Shown in pieces: positions 7,850-17,594 of a DNA stretch of 51,348 bases. The DNA is from a virus (taxonomy: Duplodnaviria; Caudoviricetes), in IMG/VR virus record IMGVR_UViG_3300037247_001029, positions 1-51,348 of that record. One strand, written 5' to 3'. How positions within the stretch are numbered: the stretch's first letter is position 1; each line of letters starts with the position of its first letter. A model generated the notes under the pieces. It made no database searches, was not told the origin of the DNA, and saw only the letters and a list, made by a program, of their open reading frames with translations. The translations under genes were made by a program, and so were the position numbers.

Positions 7850-9370
7850 ATGGTTGCAGCCGACCTACAGCAGAGTTCGTTCAGCCGGGTCTGGATGCAG
7901 GTCTTCGGACCGGGTCCAGAAAATCCCTACACGTACGAAGGCCTTGCCAGGGCGATGGCCGTCACCTGGTCGCTTGGCGACATCACCCCAATCCACATCC
8001 CTGACCCACAACGCTACGGCACCTTCCAGGTCGTAGGCCAGGTCCGGGGTGACGAGGGCTTGCCAGGGACCAGCTTCCAATTCCGCTACCCTCAGGACGC
8101 CCAGTCCATCCTGGAGAAGATCGTACGGCTGCGGTGTGCCACGGACTTCCAGGTCCACATGGGCGAGTGCCAGGACCCGCAGGATTTCGTGAATGGCTGG
8201 CGACGCATCCTGGCCTTTCACAGCGCCGATATCAGCCAGTACTCCACCGACGAGCTTGGGGCACTGTCGCCGGACCAGACCGCCCTAGTCAACGAACAGA
8301 TCGATGTATCGGCCCAACTGATGTTCAGCATCTACCGGATGCAATACGAGGAGCAGGCCCAGTCCGAGGTAGTCAACGAGATCGTCGACGCCATCATCTG
8401 TGACATCGCAGCCTGCGGCGAATGTGGCATTACCAGCCGTGGCTGCGACGTGGCGTTGTTCCTGTCCCTGACAATCGGCGGCTCCCCCGGCCTACCCGCA
8501 GAGTTGATCTTCACGCAGGACGCCGGAGTGACGTATGGCGAGACCACCATTGCGACCCTGGCGGCTGACGAGGACCCCGATGAGCTTGCGTGCGTGGGCG
8601 CCAACGTCATAGTGATCTCCGAGGATAGCGAAAGCATCCACTTCGCACCGCTGGCCGATGTGCTGGCCGGCACCGAAGCGTGGACCGAGATGCCGACCGG
8701 CTTCGTCGCAGGCAACGGCCCTCTGGCCATCTGGAGTGGCGGACCCCGCCACACGTGGATAGTGGGCGCGAACGGCTTCATCTACTTTGCTACGGACCCG
8801 ACAGCCGCTGTGGTCGTCCAAGACGCGGGCATCGTGACGGCGCAGGACCTGGTTGACGTGCATGCCTTTGACATCAACCACGTCGTGGCCGTGGGCGCCC
8901 TGAACGCCGTGGTAAGCACGGACAACGGGGGCGATACCTGGAATCTGATCACCGGCCCGAACGTTGGGGTCGCCCTCAACACCGTGTGGATGAAGACCGA
9001 GGACGAATGGTGGGTCGGCGACGCGGGCGGCCAGCTATGGTACACCCTGGACGGTGGGGCAACCTGGTTTGAGAAAACCTTCCCTGGCAGCGGTACCGGT
9101 GTGGTCCGGGACATCAAGTTCGCCAACGATGTGGTCGGCTACATGTCGCACGACACCACGGCCCCACTGGGCCGTATCCTACGGACCATCGACGGCGGCC
9201 AGGAATGGTACACCGCCCCTGAGGACAATACGGCCCTGCCGCTGGCAGACCACTGGAATGCCGTGGCCCCGTGCAGCGAGGGACCGGACAGCCCCAACGT
9301 GGTCTATGCGGGCGGTCTGGCGGACGACGGGCTCGACGGCATCATCACCAAAGGCGCAGGGCCTAGCTAG
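7850..9370 (+). CDS. Probable major tail tube protein with C-terminal Asp-box (BNR/YCF48-like) beta-propeller
   Basis: Directly upstream of chaperone and tape measure; Asp boxes TQDAGVTY, STDNGGDTW, TLDGGATW, TIDGGQEW. Confidence 0.6.
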   Translation: MVAADLQQSSFSRVWMQVFGPGPENPYTYEGLARAMAVTWSLGDITPIHIPDPQRYGTFQVVGQVRGDEGLPGTSFQFRYPQDAQSILEKIVRLRCATDFQVHMGECQDPQDFVNGWRRILAFHSADISQYSTDELGALSPDQTALVNEQIDVSAQLMFSIYRMQYEEQAQSEVVNEIVDAIICDIAACGECGITSRGCDVALFLSLTIGGSPGLPAELIFTQDAGVTYGETTIATLAADEDPDELACVGANVIVISEDSESIHFAPLADVLAGTEAWTEMPTGFVAGNGPLAIWSGGPRHTWIVGANGFIYFATDPTAAVVVQDAGIVTAQDLVDVHAFDINHVVAVGALNAVVSTDNGGDTWNLITGPNVGVALNTVWMKTEDEWWVGDAGGQLWYTLDGGATWFEKTFPGSGTGVVRDIKFANDVVGYMSHDTTAPLGRILRTIDGGQEWYTAPEDNTALPLADHWNAVAPCSEGPDSPNVVYAGGLADDGLDGIITKGAGPS

Positions 9371-9382
9371 GAGGTTGGGCCG

Positions 9383-9982
9383 ATGGACCCGGATGTATTC
9401 ACTCTGACCAACGGCATCAAGTTGAGTCTCAAGGATGCCTCGCCGATGCACCTCGTCATGCTGCGTGACCAGAGCGAGGCCGACGAACCCAAACCGCCCA
9501 TGATCACGCGGGCAGATCGCGGCGATCGGCAGGAACCCAATGAGGATGACCCTGCTTACAAAGCGGCCAAGGCCAAGTGGGCGATGCAAATGGGGACCCG
9601 CACCGTCAGCATCCTGGCGGCGGAATGCATCACAGTCGATGAGGTCCCCGATGGCATTCCAAAGTACGACAGCGAGGAATGGGCCACCCACGTCACCGTC
9701 GTCCTACAGTTCGATCTGCCGGACAATCCCACGCTACGCCTGGTCCAGTGGCTGTTGCTCAAGACGACCGCCGATGATCTGGAAGACCTCGCCCGGCGGT
9801 TGCTGGCGCACGCTGGCGCACCGGAGGTGGATGTCGAGGCGGCCCTCGACACCTTTCAGGGTTACCGTCAACGGCCAGCCGATACAGAAGGTGCAGCCAA
9901 CGGACGCCGTGCAGACGGGGATACAGTACAGGTCCCTGCTCCCAGGAATCGTGCCGAGCGCCGAAGAGCGGCAAGCCGCTAG
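9383..9982 (+). CDS. Tail assembly chaperone (gpG-like)
   Basis: AGGAGG RBS; lies between tail tube and tape measure. Confidence 0.7.
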   Translation: MDPDVFTLTNGIKLSLKDASPMHLVMLRDQSEADEPKPPMITRADRGDRQEPNEDDPAYKAAKAKWAMQMGTRTVSILAAECITVDEVPDGIPKYDSEEWATHVTVVLQFDLPDNPTLRLVQWLLLKTTADDLEDLARRLLAHAGAPEVDVEAALDTFQGYRQRPADTEGAANGRRADGDTVQVPAPRNRAERRRAASR

Positions 9983-10175
9983 ATTCGGCCTCTACACCTG
10001 GACCGCCTGGGTGGCGCTCCCAATGGAGGAGCGCGTGATGGGCATCGCCTTCTACCGGCTGCATCGACTCATCGAACTCCATCAGGGCGACGCTATGTCG
10101 CGTGAAGTGACTAAGCGCCAGCGGCCAGCGAGCCGCAATGGGACCGGACGACGCATGGGGGCACGGCGAAGATGA
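9855..10175 (+). CDS. Frameshifted extension of tail assembly chaperone (gpGT-like), entered at ACC-TTT-C 9851-9857
   Basis: +1 frame stays open to the tape-measure start (ATGA overlap) and encodes EERQAARFGLYTWTAWVALPMEER; no own RBS/start seen. Confidence 0.6.
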   Translation, partial: FRVTVNGQPIQKVQPTDAVQTGIQYRSLLPGIVPSAEERQAARFGLYTWTAWVALPMEERVMGIAFYRLHRLIELHQGDAMSREVTKRQRPASRNGTGRRMGARRR

Positions 10176-11917
10176 CACTCGAGCGCATTGGCGTTCAGGC
10201 AGTTGTCGAAGGCATCGGGCGCTTTGTCAGCGACATGGGCCGGTTCAACCGGTCGATCCAGCAGGCCAACAAGAGCACCCAGGCGCTAGCGCAGGGCGCC
10301 GGTCAGGCGGGCCGGGCCTTGACTGCCATATCGGCCCCCCTCATAGGTCTTGGCTTCCTGTCCCTCCGGTCGGCCATCCAGTTCGAGACCGCCTTCATCG
10401 GCGTGCAGAAGACCGTCGACGCCACGGAGGAACAGTTTGCCCAGTTGGAAAAAGCCATCCGTGACATGGCCCAGGAGATACCGATTACTGCGGTCGAGCT
10501 TTCAGGACTGGGCGAGGCGGCGGGCCAGCTAGGCATCCAAGTCGAGGCCATCGAGGAGTTCACCCGCGTCATGGCCGGACTTGGCGTGACCACCAACCTG
10601 GCGTCCAGGGAGGCTGCGACGGCCTTGGCCCGTCTGGTCAACATCACGCAGAGTGGCCAGGATACGTTCGACCGGCTGGGGTCGACCATCGTCGACCTTG
10701 GCAACAAGCTGGCCACCACCGAGTCGGAGATCTTGACGTTTGCCCTGCGGATAGCCTCTGCGGGTGCCCTGGTGGGACTTACCGATGCCCAAATCCTTGG
10801 CATCGGGGGCGCTCTGTCGGAACTCGGCATACGGGCCGAGGCCGGTGGTACGGCAGTCCAGCGGGTCCTGCTGGCGATGAACGAAGCCGTGGCACTTACC
10901 AGCGCCGAACTCCAGGTCTTCGCCGACGCCGCCGGTATATCCGCCCAGGAGTTTGCAGACCTGTTTGAACGGGACGCCGGGGAAGCCTTCAACCGGTTCG
11001 TCGAGGGCCTTGGGGAGGCTGGCGACAACGCCATTCTCATCCTGCGGGCACTTGGACTGGAGGACCAGCGGCTGGTGCGATCCTTCCTGGCCCTAAGCGG
11101 TGCCGGGACCAAATTGCGCGACGACCTGGTCATCGCCAGCGAGGCCTTCAAGGAAAACACCGCCCTGGTTATTGAACAGGAGAGGCGCTTTGCCAGCGCG
11201 GCGAGCCAGATAGGCGTCGCCCGCAACAACATCAATGAGCTTTTCATCACGATCGGGGCGTCCCTGGTGCCCGCGCTCTTGAGCCTGGTGCGCGTGCTGG
11301 AGCCGGTCATCAACTTCCTGACTGCTATGGCAGAGCGGTTCCCCACCCTGACCCTGCTGGTCTTCGGCTTGGCGTTGGTTGTCGGCGGCCTGGGCGTGGC
11401 GCTGATAGGATTGAGCATCGTCCTGCCTGGCCTGGCGGTGGTCTTCTTCCTCTTTGCCGGGGGCGTCACAGCGGCGGCGGTTGCGGGCTTCCTGCTCAGT
11501 GTGGCGTTCTCGCCGATCACCCTGACAATCCTGGGCATCACCGCGGCCCTGATCGCCGGGGCCATCATTTGGGACAGATACGAGGCAGGCGTCAGGCGCG
11601 TGGTCAACATCATCCGGCTCGTCCTACAGCTAATGAACCCCCTGACCGCGGCCCTGACGGTACTGGAGACCTTCACCGGCATCGACGTGCCCGGCATCCG
11701 CGGCTTTGCCGAGGGCGGCGTGCAACGGACGCCTGGGATGGCCGTCGTGGGCGAGCGCGGGCCGGAACTGGTCAACCTGCCCGCCCAGGCCCAGGTCGTA
11801 CCGATGGGCATGTCCCGGTCCAACACCTTCAACGTGACGGCCAATTACACACGACAGCAGGACCCCGCCTCCATCCGGCTGGACCTGGAGGCCATTATGA
11901 TGCGGTTGGCGACCTAG
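10172..11917 (+). CDS. Tape measure protein (TP901 family core)
   Basis: FETAFIGVQKTVDATEEQFAQLEKAIRDMA..AAGQLGI..LGSTIVDLGN..ATTESEI; hydrophobic C-terminal half; GFAEGG..VVGERGPELV. Confidence 0.93.
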   Translation: MTLERIGVQAVVEGIGRFVSDMGRFNRSIQQANKSTQALAQGAGQAGRALTAISAPLIGLGFLSLRSAIQFETAFIGVQKTVDATEEQFAQLEKAIRDMAQEIPITAVELSGLGEAAGQLGIQVEAIEEFTRVMAGLGVTTNLASREAATALARLVNITQSGQDTFDRLGSTIVDLGNKLATTESEILTFALRIASAGALVGLTDAQILGIGGALSELGIRAEAGGTAVQRVLLAMNEAVALTSAELQVFADAAGISAQEFADLFERDAGEAFNRFVEGLGEAGDNAILILRALGLEDQRLVRSFLALSGAGTKLRDDLVIASEAFKENTALVIEQERRFASAASQIGVARNNINELFITIGASLVPALLSLVRVLEPVINFLTAMAERFPTLTLLVFGLALVVGGLGVALIGLSIVLPGLAVVFFLFAGGVTAAAVAGFLLSVAFSPITLTILGITAALIAGAIIWDRYEAGVRRVVNIIRLVLQLMNPLTAALTVLETFTGIDVPGIRGFAEGGVQRTPGMAVVGERGPELVNLPAQAQVVPMGMSRSNTFNVTANYTRQQDPASIRLDLEAIMMRLAT

Positions 11918-11918
11918 C

Positions 11919-14153
11919 ATGGTCGATGTAATCATCGATGCCCAGACCAGCGGGGCTGCCGCCAATACCACGGCATTCAAGAACACCGTCTGGATCACGC
12001 CCCTGGTGGGCTATCACTTCTACAAAGAGGACAGCCTCTTCTACGTCTACGCCAAAACGCCAGATGGGGGGGCGACCTGGAGCGCGCCAGTGGTTTTCAG
12101 CGCCACCACGGCGGCAAATGCGGTAACGAAGCTGGCCGTCTGGTATGACCGCCAGACAGACGGTGACTTTGGCACGATCATCCATATCGCCTACTTCAGC
12201 GGCGAGGTCCCCGCCAACGTCATCGTCCGCTATCGCCAACTGGACACCGCAGATGATTCCCTCGGCGCGGAGCGACAGGTCCACATAGGTGGCACCGCCT
12301 CCTCATTCGGCCAGAGTTGGGGGAACGGTGCCGGGACTGGTGCCAGCTTTGTCGATATCGTCAAGGCCCGCGGTGGGAATCTCTGCATATGGTTTTGGAC
12401 GCACAATAGCGGCGGCGCGGCCCGCGGCTTTCGTGTATCCACCGATGGGGGCGTTACCTTTGGGGCATCGGCTGATCCTGCCGATGGCGACCTGGTGGAC
12501 CGCGGGTTTATGGTGCCGGGCAACGAGACGGACGATAACGACGTTTGGGCGTTCTACCAGGACGTTTCGGCCAAAGAGGTTACTCTCAAAGTCTACGACC
12601 GGAGCGGAAATAGCTGGTCGGAATCGGCCGTGATCGCCGCCGTCGAGGAGCGGTTCACCACCACATGGAGCATCGGGGCGTGTCCGCGCCACTCGGACGG
12701 GCATACGATGCTTTTCCTCATCACCGACATGGGGCTCTTTAACGCCGATGGCCTGATCTTCGACTGCGAGGACTCCACCACGTTCACGGCGAAGACCAAC
12801 ATCTTCACCGCCGAGCAGAAGCACAAGTTCACCGCCCTGGCCATCGACCAACAGACCGACGACCTCTACGCGGTGTGGGTAGGAATACCGGCTGATACGT
12901 GGCAGGGGGACCTTGGCGTCTACTCACGCCTATCCGGCGATGGTGGTACCACGTGGGGGGCCGTTTCGGCGCGCTACAACGATGCGGCATACGACCAGCT
13001 ACGGGCCGTTTGGCAGGATATCAGCATCGGCATCGGGGGCGGTCGGATAGAGCCCGTGTGGAACCGGACCAGTGGGGGCAACGTAACCCGCCGCCGGCTG
13101 ACCAACTTCACCAACTCGATAGAGATTGCCGGGGCGCCCCCCCCACCCCCGGTCCCACCACCGCCGATCGTGCCCCCTGGCGGGACCTACGGCGCCGCGC
13201 CTGGCGCACCGCCCGGCACCATCCTGTATATCACCCCGGATGGCATCGAGTACCCGCTTGTCACACCCCATGTAACGGGCCGCTTCGTGATGTCGATGAG
13301 TGGTTTCGGCACCGCGCCCATCCAGTACATCAGCCAGCGTGGCCCCAACCAGGACGGGGAGACGGTGCGGGACTTCAACCTGACACCGCGGGTCATCCAA
13401 CTCCGCGAGCGCCAGCAATTCAAAAGCCGCGCCACGTGGTGGGACGGACGGGCCGACATTCTCAACGACCTGCGCCCCAACCGGCAGGCCACGGCCACCG
13501 CGGTCGTTACAGGCACATTCCGCATTGTGACCGCCAACGGGGACGTCAGGGACCTCAACGTGTTCATCCAGGATGGACCGCGGTTTGAGGCGCGCAACGT
13601 CGACGAGTGGGACGAGTGGGCCTTTGACGAGGTCCTGCGGTTCATCGCCCATGACCCATTGTGGTTCGACCCGACGCGGGTCGACCTCGTACTGGCCTTC
13701 ACGCTGGACGCGGAGCTGGTGTTCCCCATCACGTTCCCCATCGAGTTCGGTGGGGGCCTGATCGATGTGTCGACCAACCTGGACTACACAGGCACGTGGG
13801 CCAGCCTGCCCACCATCGTGATCGTGGGACCCGTCGACAACCCCATCATCGACAACGTCACGACGGGGGAGAAGATCGAGTTGTCGAGTGTCATCGGGCC
13901 GGGCCGCACTGTTACAATCGACCTGGCGTTTGGACAGAAGACCATCACGGACGACCTGGGCAACAACCTACTGGGGTCGCTGACGACCGACTCGGACCTG
14001 GGGACGTTCCACATCGCGCCCACCCCGGAGGCGCCCCAGGTGGTGGGGCAGCCAAGGCCGACGGCGCGCAACGTCATCAGGCTGCGCGGGTCCAATCCGA
14101 CGGGCTCCACGTCGGTTGAGGTCCGATACTTCACACGCTACTTCGGCATCTAG
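11919..14153 (+). CDS. Distal tail protein (Dit) fused to N-terminal sialidase-like Asp-box propeller via Pro-rich linker
   Basis: Follows tape measure; Asp boxes TPDGGATW, STDGGVTF, SGDGGTTW; PPPPPVPPPP linker; C-terminal FIAHDPLWF..NLDYTGT..PTIVIVGP Sipho-tail motifs. Confidence 0.75.
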   Translation: MVDVIIDAQTSGAAANTTAFKNTVWITPLVGYHFYKEDSLFYVYAKTPDGGATWSAPVVFSATTAANAVTKLAVWYDRQTDGDFGTIIHIAYFSGEVPANVIVRYRQLDTADDSLGAERQVHIGGTASSFGQSWGNGAGTGASFVDIVKARGGNLCIWFWTHNSGGAARGFRVSTDGGVTFGASADPADGDLVDRGFMVPGNETDDNDVWAFYQDVSAKEVTLKVYDRSGNSWSESAVIAAVEERFTTTWSIGACPRHSDGHTMLFLITDMGLFNADGLIFDCEDSTTFTAKTNIFTAEQKHKFTALAIDQQTDDLYAVWVGIPADTWQGDLGVYSRLSGDGGTTWGAVSARYNDAAYDQLRAVWQDISIGIGGGRIEPVWNRTSGGNVTRRRLTNFTNSIEIAGAPPPPPVPPPPIVPPGGTYGAAPGAPPGTILYITPDGIEYPLVTPHVTGRFVMSMSGFGTAPIQYISQRGPNQDGETVRDFNLTPRVIQLRERQQFKSRATWWDGRADILNDLRPNRQATATAVVTGTFRIVTANGDVRDLNVFIQDGPRFEARNVDEWDEWAFDEVLRFIAHDPLWFDPTRVDLVLAFTLDAELVFPITFPIEFGGGLIDVSTNLDYTGTWASLPTIVIVGPVDNPIIDNVTTGEKIELSSVIGPGRTVTIDLAFGQKTITDDLGNNLLGSLTTDSDLGTFHIAPTPEAPQVVGQPRPTARNVIRLRGSNPTGSTSVEVRYFTRYFGI

Positions 14154-14162
14154 GAGGCCAAC

Positions 14163-15278
14163 ATGGTAGAACGCAGCCGGCCCTGGTCGGGCACCGTCCT
14201 GGGTGATTCGGGCCCCTATACGGATGACCAATGGACCGACGTGTGGAAGACACGGGCCCCCGTCATCGCTACGCAGGGCGTCTTCCTGAACCAACTGAAC
14301 GAACTCGATCTGAGCGGGCTGCCCGTCACGCCGGTCGACATTGCGAGCGGGCGCGCGCTGGTCAACGGCATCTGGTACGAATCCGATGCCACCATTGCGC
14401 TCGCCATCCCGACCCCGGCCGCGAACCCACGGGTGGACCGCATTGTCCTACGCACCGACTGGGCGCTCCAGACGGTCCGCCTGACGCGCATCGCGGGGGC
14501 CGAGGCAGCCGCGCCGGTACCGCCCGCGCTCGTACAGAACGACGGGGTCACGTGGGATCTCCCCCTCTGGCAGGTCCACGACACGGTCGGCGGCGTCATC
14601 ACGTTCTACCGCGATGAGCGCACGTTCATCGGCCAGTACGAGCCGTCGGAGCCCACCGATGAACTCGTCTACGTCGAGGACGAACTGTTCTGGCCCGAGC
14701 TTTCCACCACGGCCAGTGCGCTCCACTACCCGTGGCGGGTCACCATTGCGGGTAACTACAACCTTATCCCGATGCCCGCGTTCGGCCGCGGGGCCGTTGA
14801 GATTGGCGTCACTGGGGCCGCAGCCGGGGATGGGTCACTGAACCAGCCGGGGCACCGCCCTGACCTGATCGATGGGCATCTGATCATCCGCGCCAAGTCG
14901 CCCAACGTGGCCGTCACGCTTGACCGCGAGATCGGTTGGGTGGCCACGACGGGCGGCCCCACTCCCGCCAACGGGGTGTGGTTCCGCGCCGACGGGACTG
15001 CAGCGGCCAACTGGTTTGCGGTATGCCGCGCCGCTGGCGTCGAGACGGCGGTTGATACGGGCCAGGCGCCCGACAACACGTGGCGCAAGTTCGAGATACG
15101 GCAGGTGGGTACCGATGTCGTGACGTTCCTGATCGATAACGTTGTGGTCGCGACCATCCAGACCAACATCCCAGCAGCGGACCTCATCCTCGTAATGGGC
15201 ATCTACGACGACGGGGCCGCGCCGGCCATCGCAAGGTACCAGCAGTTTGATCGCGTTAAGCTCACGGGCCCCCGCTAG
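14163..15278 (+). CDS. Baseplate/tail fibre protein
   Basis: VDIASGRALVNGIWY..NPRVDRIVLR..WDLPLWQV upper-baseplate-like N-terminus; C-terminal beta-sandwich. Confidence 0.7.
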   Translation: MVERSRPWSGTVLGDSGPYTDDQWTDVWKTRAPVIATQGVFLNQLNELDLSGLPVTPVDIASGRALVNGIWYESDATIALAIPTPAANPRVDRIVLRTDWALQTVRLTRIAGAEAAAPVPPALVQNDGVTWDLPLWQVHDTVGGVITFYRDERTFIGQYEPSEPTDELVYVEDELFWPELSTTASALHYPWRVTIAGNYNLIPMPAFGRGAVEIGVTGAAAGDGSLNQPGHRPDLIDGHLIIRAKSPNVAVTLDREIGWVATTGGPTPANGVWFRADGTAAANWFAVCRAAGVETAVDTGQAPDNTWRKFEIRQVGTDVVTFLIDNVVVATIQTNIPAADLILVMGIYDDGAAPAIARYQQFDRVKLTGPR

Positions 15279-16417
15279 TGGCGGCCCGCTATCAGGTCCA
15301 CCTGCGCAACCAGACCGGGGTCCTGGTGGGCGACATCACCGACTGGGTCGGACTGCGCTACACGTCCCGCATCAACGCCGTGGGCGACTTCGAGTTAAAC
15401 CTGGACCAGTCAAACCCCAACATCAATGCCTTCGTCCTGGACGCCCAGGTCGAGGTCCGTCGCCAGGACCTGGCCGCCAGTCCAGTCATCCAGCAGTACA
15501 CGGACTTCGGCGGCTTCCACCGTACGACTGCATTTGAAACCAGCGACGCGGACGATGACACCTTTCGGTCGATCGGCGTCGCCTATGAAGACTTGCTGGC
15601 GCGTCGTGTGATAGCGTACCCGACAGATTCGGCGGGGGCATCGAAGACAGGGGTCGGCGAGACCGTCATGAAGGTCTATGTCGACGAGAATGGTGGGATC
15701 CTGTCGACCGTGGCCAATGGTCGGATAAGGGCGGGCATCTTTCCGGGCTTCTCGGTACCGGCCAGCGTAGGCGGTGGCGGGTCGTGGACCGGCGACCGGG
15801 CGGGACGCCGTCTGATCGATGTCCTACGGGAGATCAGCGACGCGACGGACGTTGACTTCCAGGTTGTCAACACCGGTCTGGCAACGTGGGAGTTCAGGGC
15901 ACAGGCGGCGCCGATCGGGGTCGACCGGAGCGTCACGGGTCTGGATCCGATAACGGGCCTGAATGCCGCAGGGAATACGCCAGTCATCTTCTCGCTTGGT
16001 GCTGCCAACATGGGCGCCCCGTCCTTCGTCACCAACAGGGTTAACGAGAAGACGGTGGCCATCGTGCTTGGACAGGGGAGCCAGTCGAACCGCGCGACTG
16101 AAGTCGTCACCGGCGCGGGGGCAACGGATTCTCCCTGGAATGCCATCGAGGCGATGTTCAAGGCGGACGAGGAATCGGCGGTGGCGGGCTTGGCAGCGTT
16201 GGGTGCTGCCAAGCTGGAGGAGCTACAGGGCCGCGAGTCCTTCGCCTTCGACATCCTCCAGCAGCCAGGGACGCTGTACGGTCGCGAATACTTCCTGGGC
16301 GACCTGGTGACGGCCCGATACCTGACGTTCGAGCGCAACGTCAAGATCATCGCCATCACGGTCGAGGTTGTCGGGGGCATCGAGCAGATCACCGCGGAGC
16401 TTTCCAATGTTACCTAG
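15278..16417 (+). CDS. Tail hub protein (Sipho Gp37/ReqiPepy6-like)
   Basis: LRYTSRINAVGDFEL, VLGQGSQSNR, YGREYFLGDLVTA motifs. Confidence 0.8.
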   Translation: MAARYQVHLRNQTGVLVGDITDWVGLRYTSRINAVGDFELNLDQSNPNINAFVLDAQVEVRRQDLAASPVIQQYTDFGGFHRTTAFETSDADDDTFRSIGVAYEDLLARRVIAYPTDSAGASKTGVGETVMKVYVDENGGILSTVANGRIRAGIFPGFSVPASVGGGGSWTGDRAGRRLIDVLREISDATDVDFQVVNTGLATWEFRAQAAPIGVDRSVTGLDPITGLNAAGNTPVIFSLGAANMGAPSFVTNRVNEKTVAIVLGQGSQSNRATEVVTGAGATDSPWNAIEAMFKADEESAVAGLAALGAAKLEELQGRESFAFDILQQPGTLYGREYFLGDLVTARYLTFERNVKIIAITVEVVGGIEQITAELSNVT

Positions 16418-16673
16418 GGACTTGGAGCGCCTGACGGCACCCCTGGTGTCCCGCGTCCGGGCGCTCGAGGTGGGCGAGCGGTCGGAGATCACTGGCAGCG
16501 TGGAGGCGCAGACAGTCACAAATCTACCGGCAGCAGGACAGGCCGGGCGGGTCCGGTTTGCCACCGATGGACGCAAGATCGGGGAGGGTGCGGGCGCTGG
16601 CACGGGGGTGATAGTGTACGACGACGGCACGGCCTGGAGGCGCACGGCCGATGACACAACGGTGGTGGCCTAG
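16407..16673 (+). CDS. Small tail-associated protein
   Basis: RVRALE coiled-coil start, typical after the hub gene; VYDDGTAWRR. Confidence 0.6.
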   Translation: MLPRDLERLTAPLVSRVRALEVGERSEITGSVEAQTVTNLPAAGQAGRVRFATDGRKIGEGAGAGTGVIVYDDGTAWRRTADDTTVVA

Positions 16674-17024
16674 ATGGTAGCGACGGGGAACGGGCAGAAG
16701 GCTATCCTGTTAGCCATGCTCGTCGCGTTGGCGACCGCGATGGGGACCGTCGCGGTCTTCTTCTTTGCCATTGCGGGGAGTAGGGTTGATCGCGCAGAGG
16801 TACTTGAGTTAATCCAGACTACCGCGCCATACGTGATCGACCGCGGCGTGCTGCTGTCCGGCGTCCAGAACAACACGAGGGCAATCAAAGACCTGACTGC
16901 GCAGGTTGACGCGATGGGGAAGGAGCAGGCAAGGACGGGGACGAAGTTGGATATCCTGCTCGACCGCATTTACGGCGTGGATGCCGGAACCCTCAGTCCC
17001 CGTCAGGCGGCCCCGTCGCAGTAG
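16674..17024 (+). CDS. Single-TM coiled-coil protein, possible holin-like
   Basis: N-terminal TM helix; KLDILLDR coiled coil; last gene of the late operon. Confidence 0.45.
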   Translation: MVATGNGQKAILLAMLVALATAMGTVAVFFFAIAGSRVDRAEVLELIQTTAPYVIDRGVLLSGVQNNTRAIKDLTAQVDAMGKEQARTGTKLDILLDRIYGVDAGTLSPRQAAPSQ

Positions 17025-17095
17025 CCTGCTGCCAGCCCTGTAGGCGCCAGCACCCTCTGTAGTGGCGATATAGCGCAAACGCCCCGCAGGCCGTC

Positions 17096-17338
17096 TCAGG
17101 GGCACCTAGGGCGTAGTGGCGTCCAGCCAAATAGGTCCCGTAAAAACTGTGAGTCGCCGCCTAGTTGTTGGTCGAAGCATTTTGGACAGCGACGGTAGTA
17201 GTCAGACCTCTTAACAGGGCGAATGTGCTTCAGTAGCTTGCCGCATACTGCCTTCTCCGGGTCGTTTGATTGGCGATGCTGCGAAGCCTGCCCAAACTTC
17301 ATGGTGATACCACGCCGGATTCCAACATTGATTGGCAT
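17096..17338 (-). CDS. Hypothetical Zn-finger-like protein
   Basis: GGAGG RBS; H..AVCG...RCPKC. Confidence 0.5.
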   Translation of the reverse strand: MPINVGIRRGITMKFGQASQHRQSNDPEKAVCGKLLKHIRPVKRSDYYRRCPKCFDQQLGGDSQFLRDLFGWTPLRPRCP

Positions 17339-17339
17339 C

Positions 17340-17594
17340 TCAGCCCTCCCTCGGGTACTGCGCGTCCTCACGGGCCTCGGTAGATGAGGCGTACTTAGAG
17401 AAGGCAATGCCTTCAGGGCAATTGATGCGGTGGCCTACTTCGCCGTGGCAGATGGCACAGGCCCCATCGGCCTGCGTCCACGTGTCGGGCTCGAACGTGG
17501 CCCCCTCCTTGCATTGCGAGCACCGGCCGGCACCGTCCGAGATCTCATCGACGGGCGGGGCCTCACAGCAAACGGATACTAATCGTACGCTAAT
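17340..17594 (-). CDS. Cys-rich Zn-ribbon protein, putative ATT start
   Basis: AAGGAG 7 nt before ATT; SVCCEA..GRCSQCKE..CAICH..HRINC. Confidence 0.5.
   Translation of the reverse strand: MSVRLVSVCCEAPPVDEISDGAGRCSQCKEGATFEPDTWTQADGACAICHGEVGHRINCPEGIAFSKYASSTEAREDAQYPREG

Noticed and set aside
10303-11844. 513-aa minus-strand ORF under the tape measure gene
   Set aside because: Low-complexity S/A/R/P shadow frame with no motifs
13138-13177. C-rich run as a phase-variation tract
   Set aside because: Explained by the poly-proline linker codons, and the frame is intact
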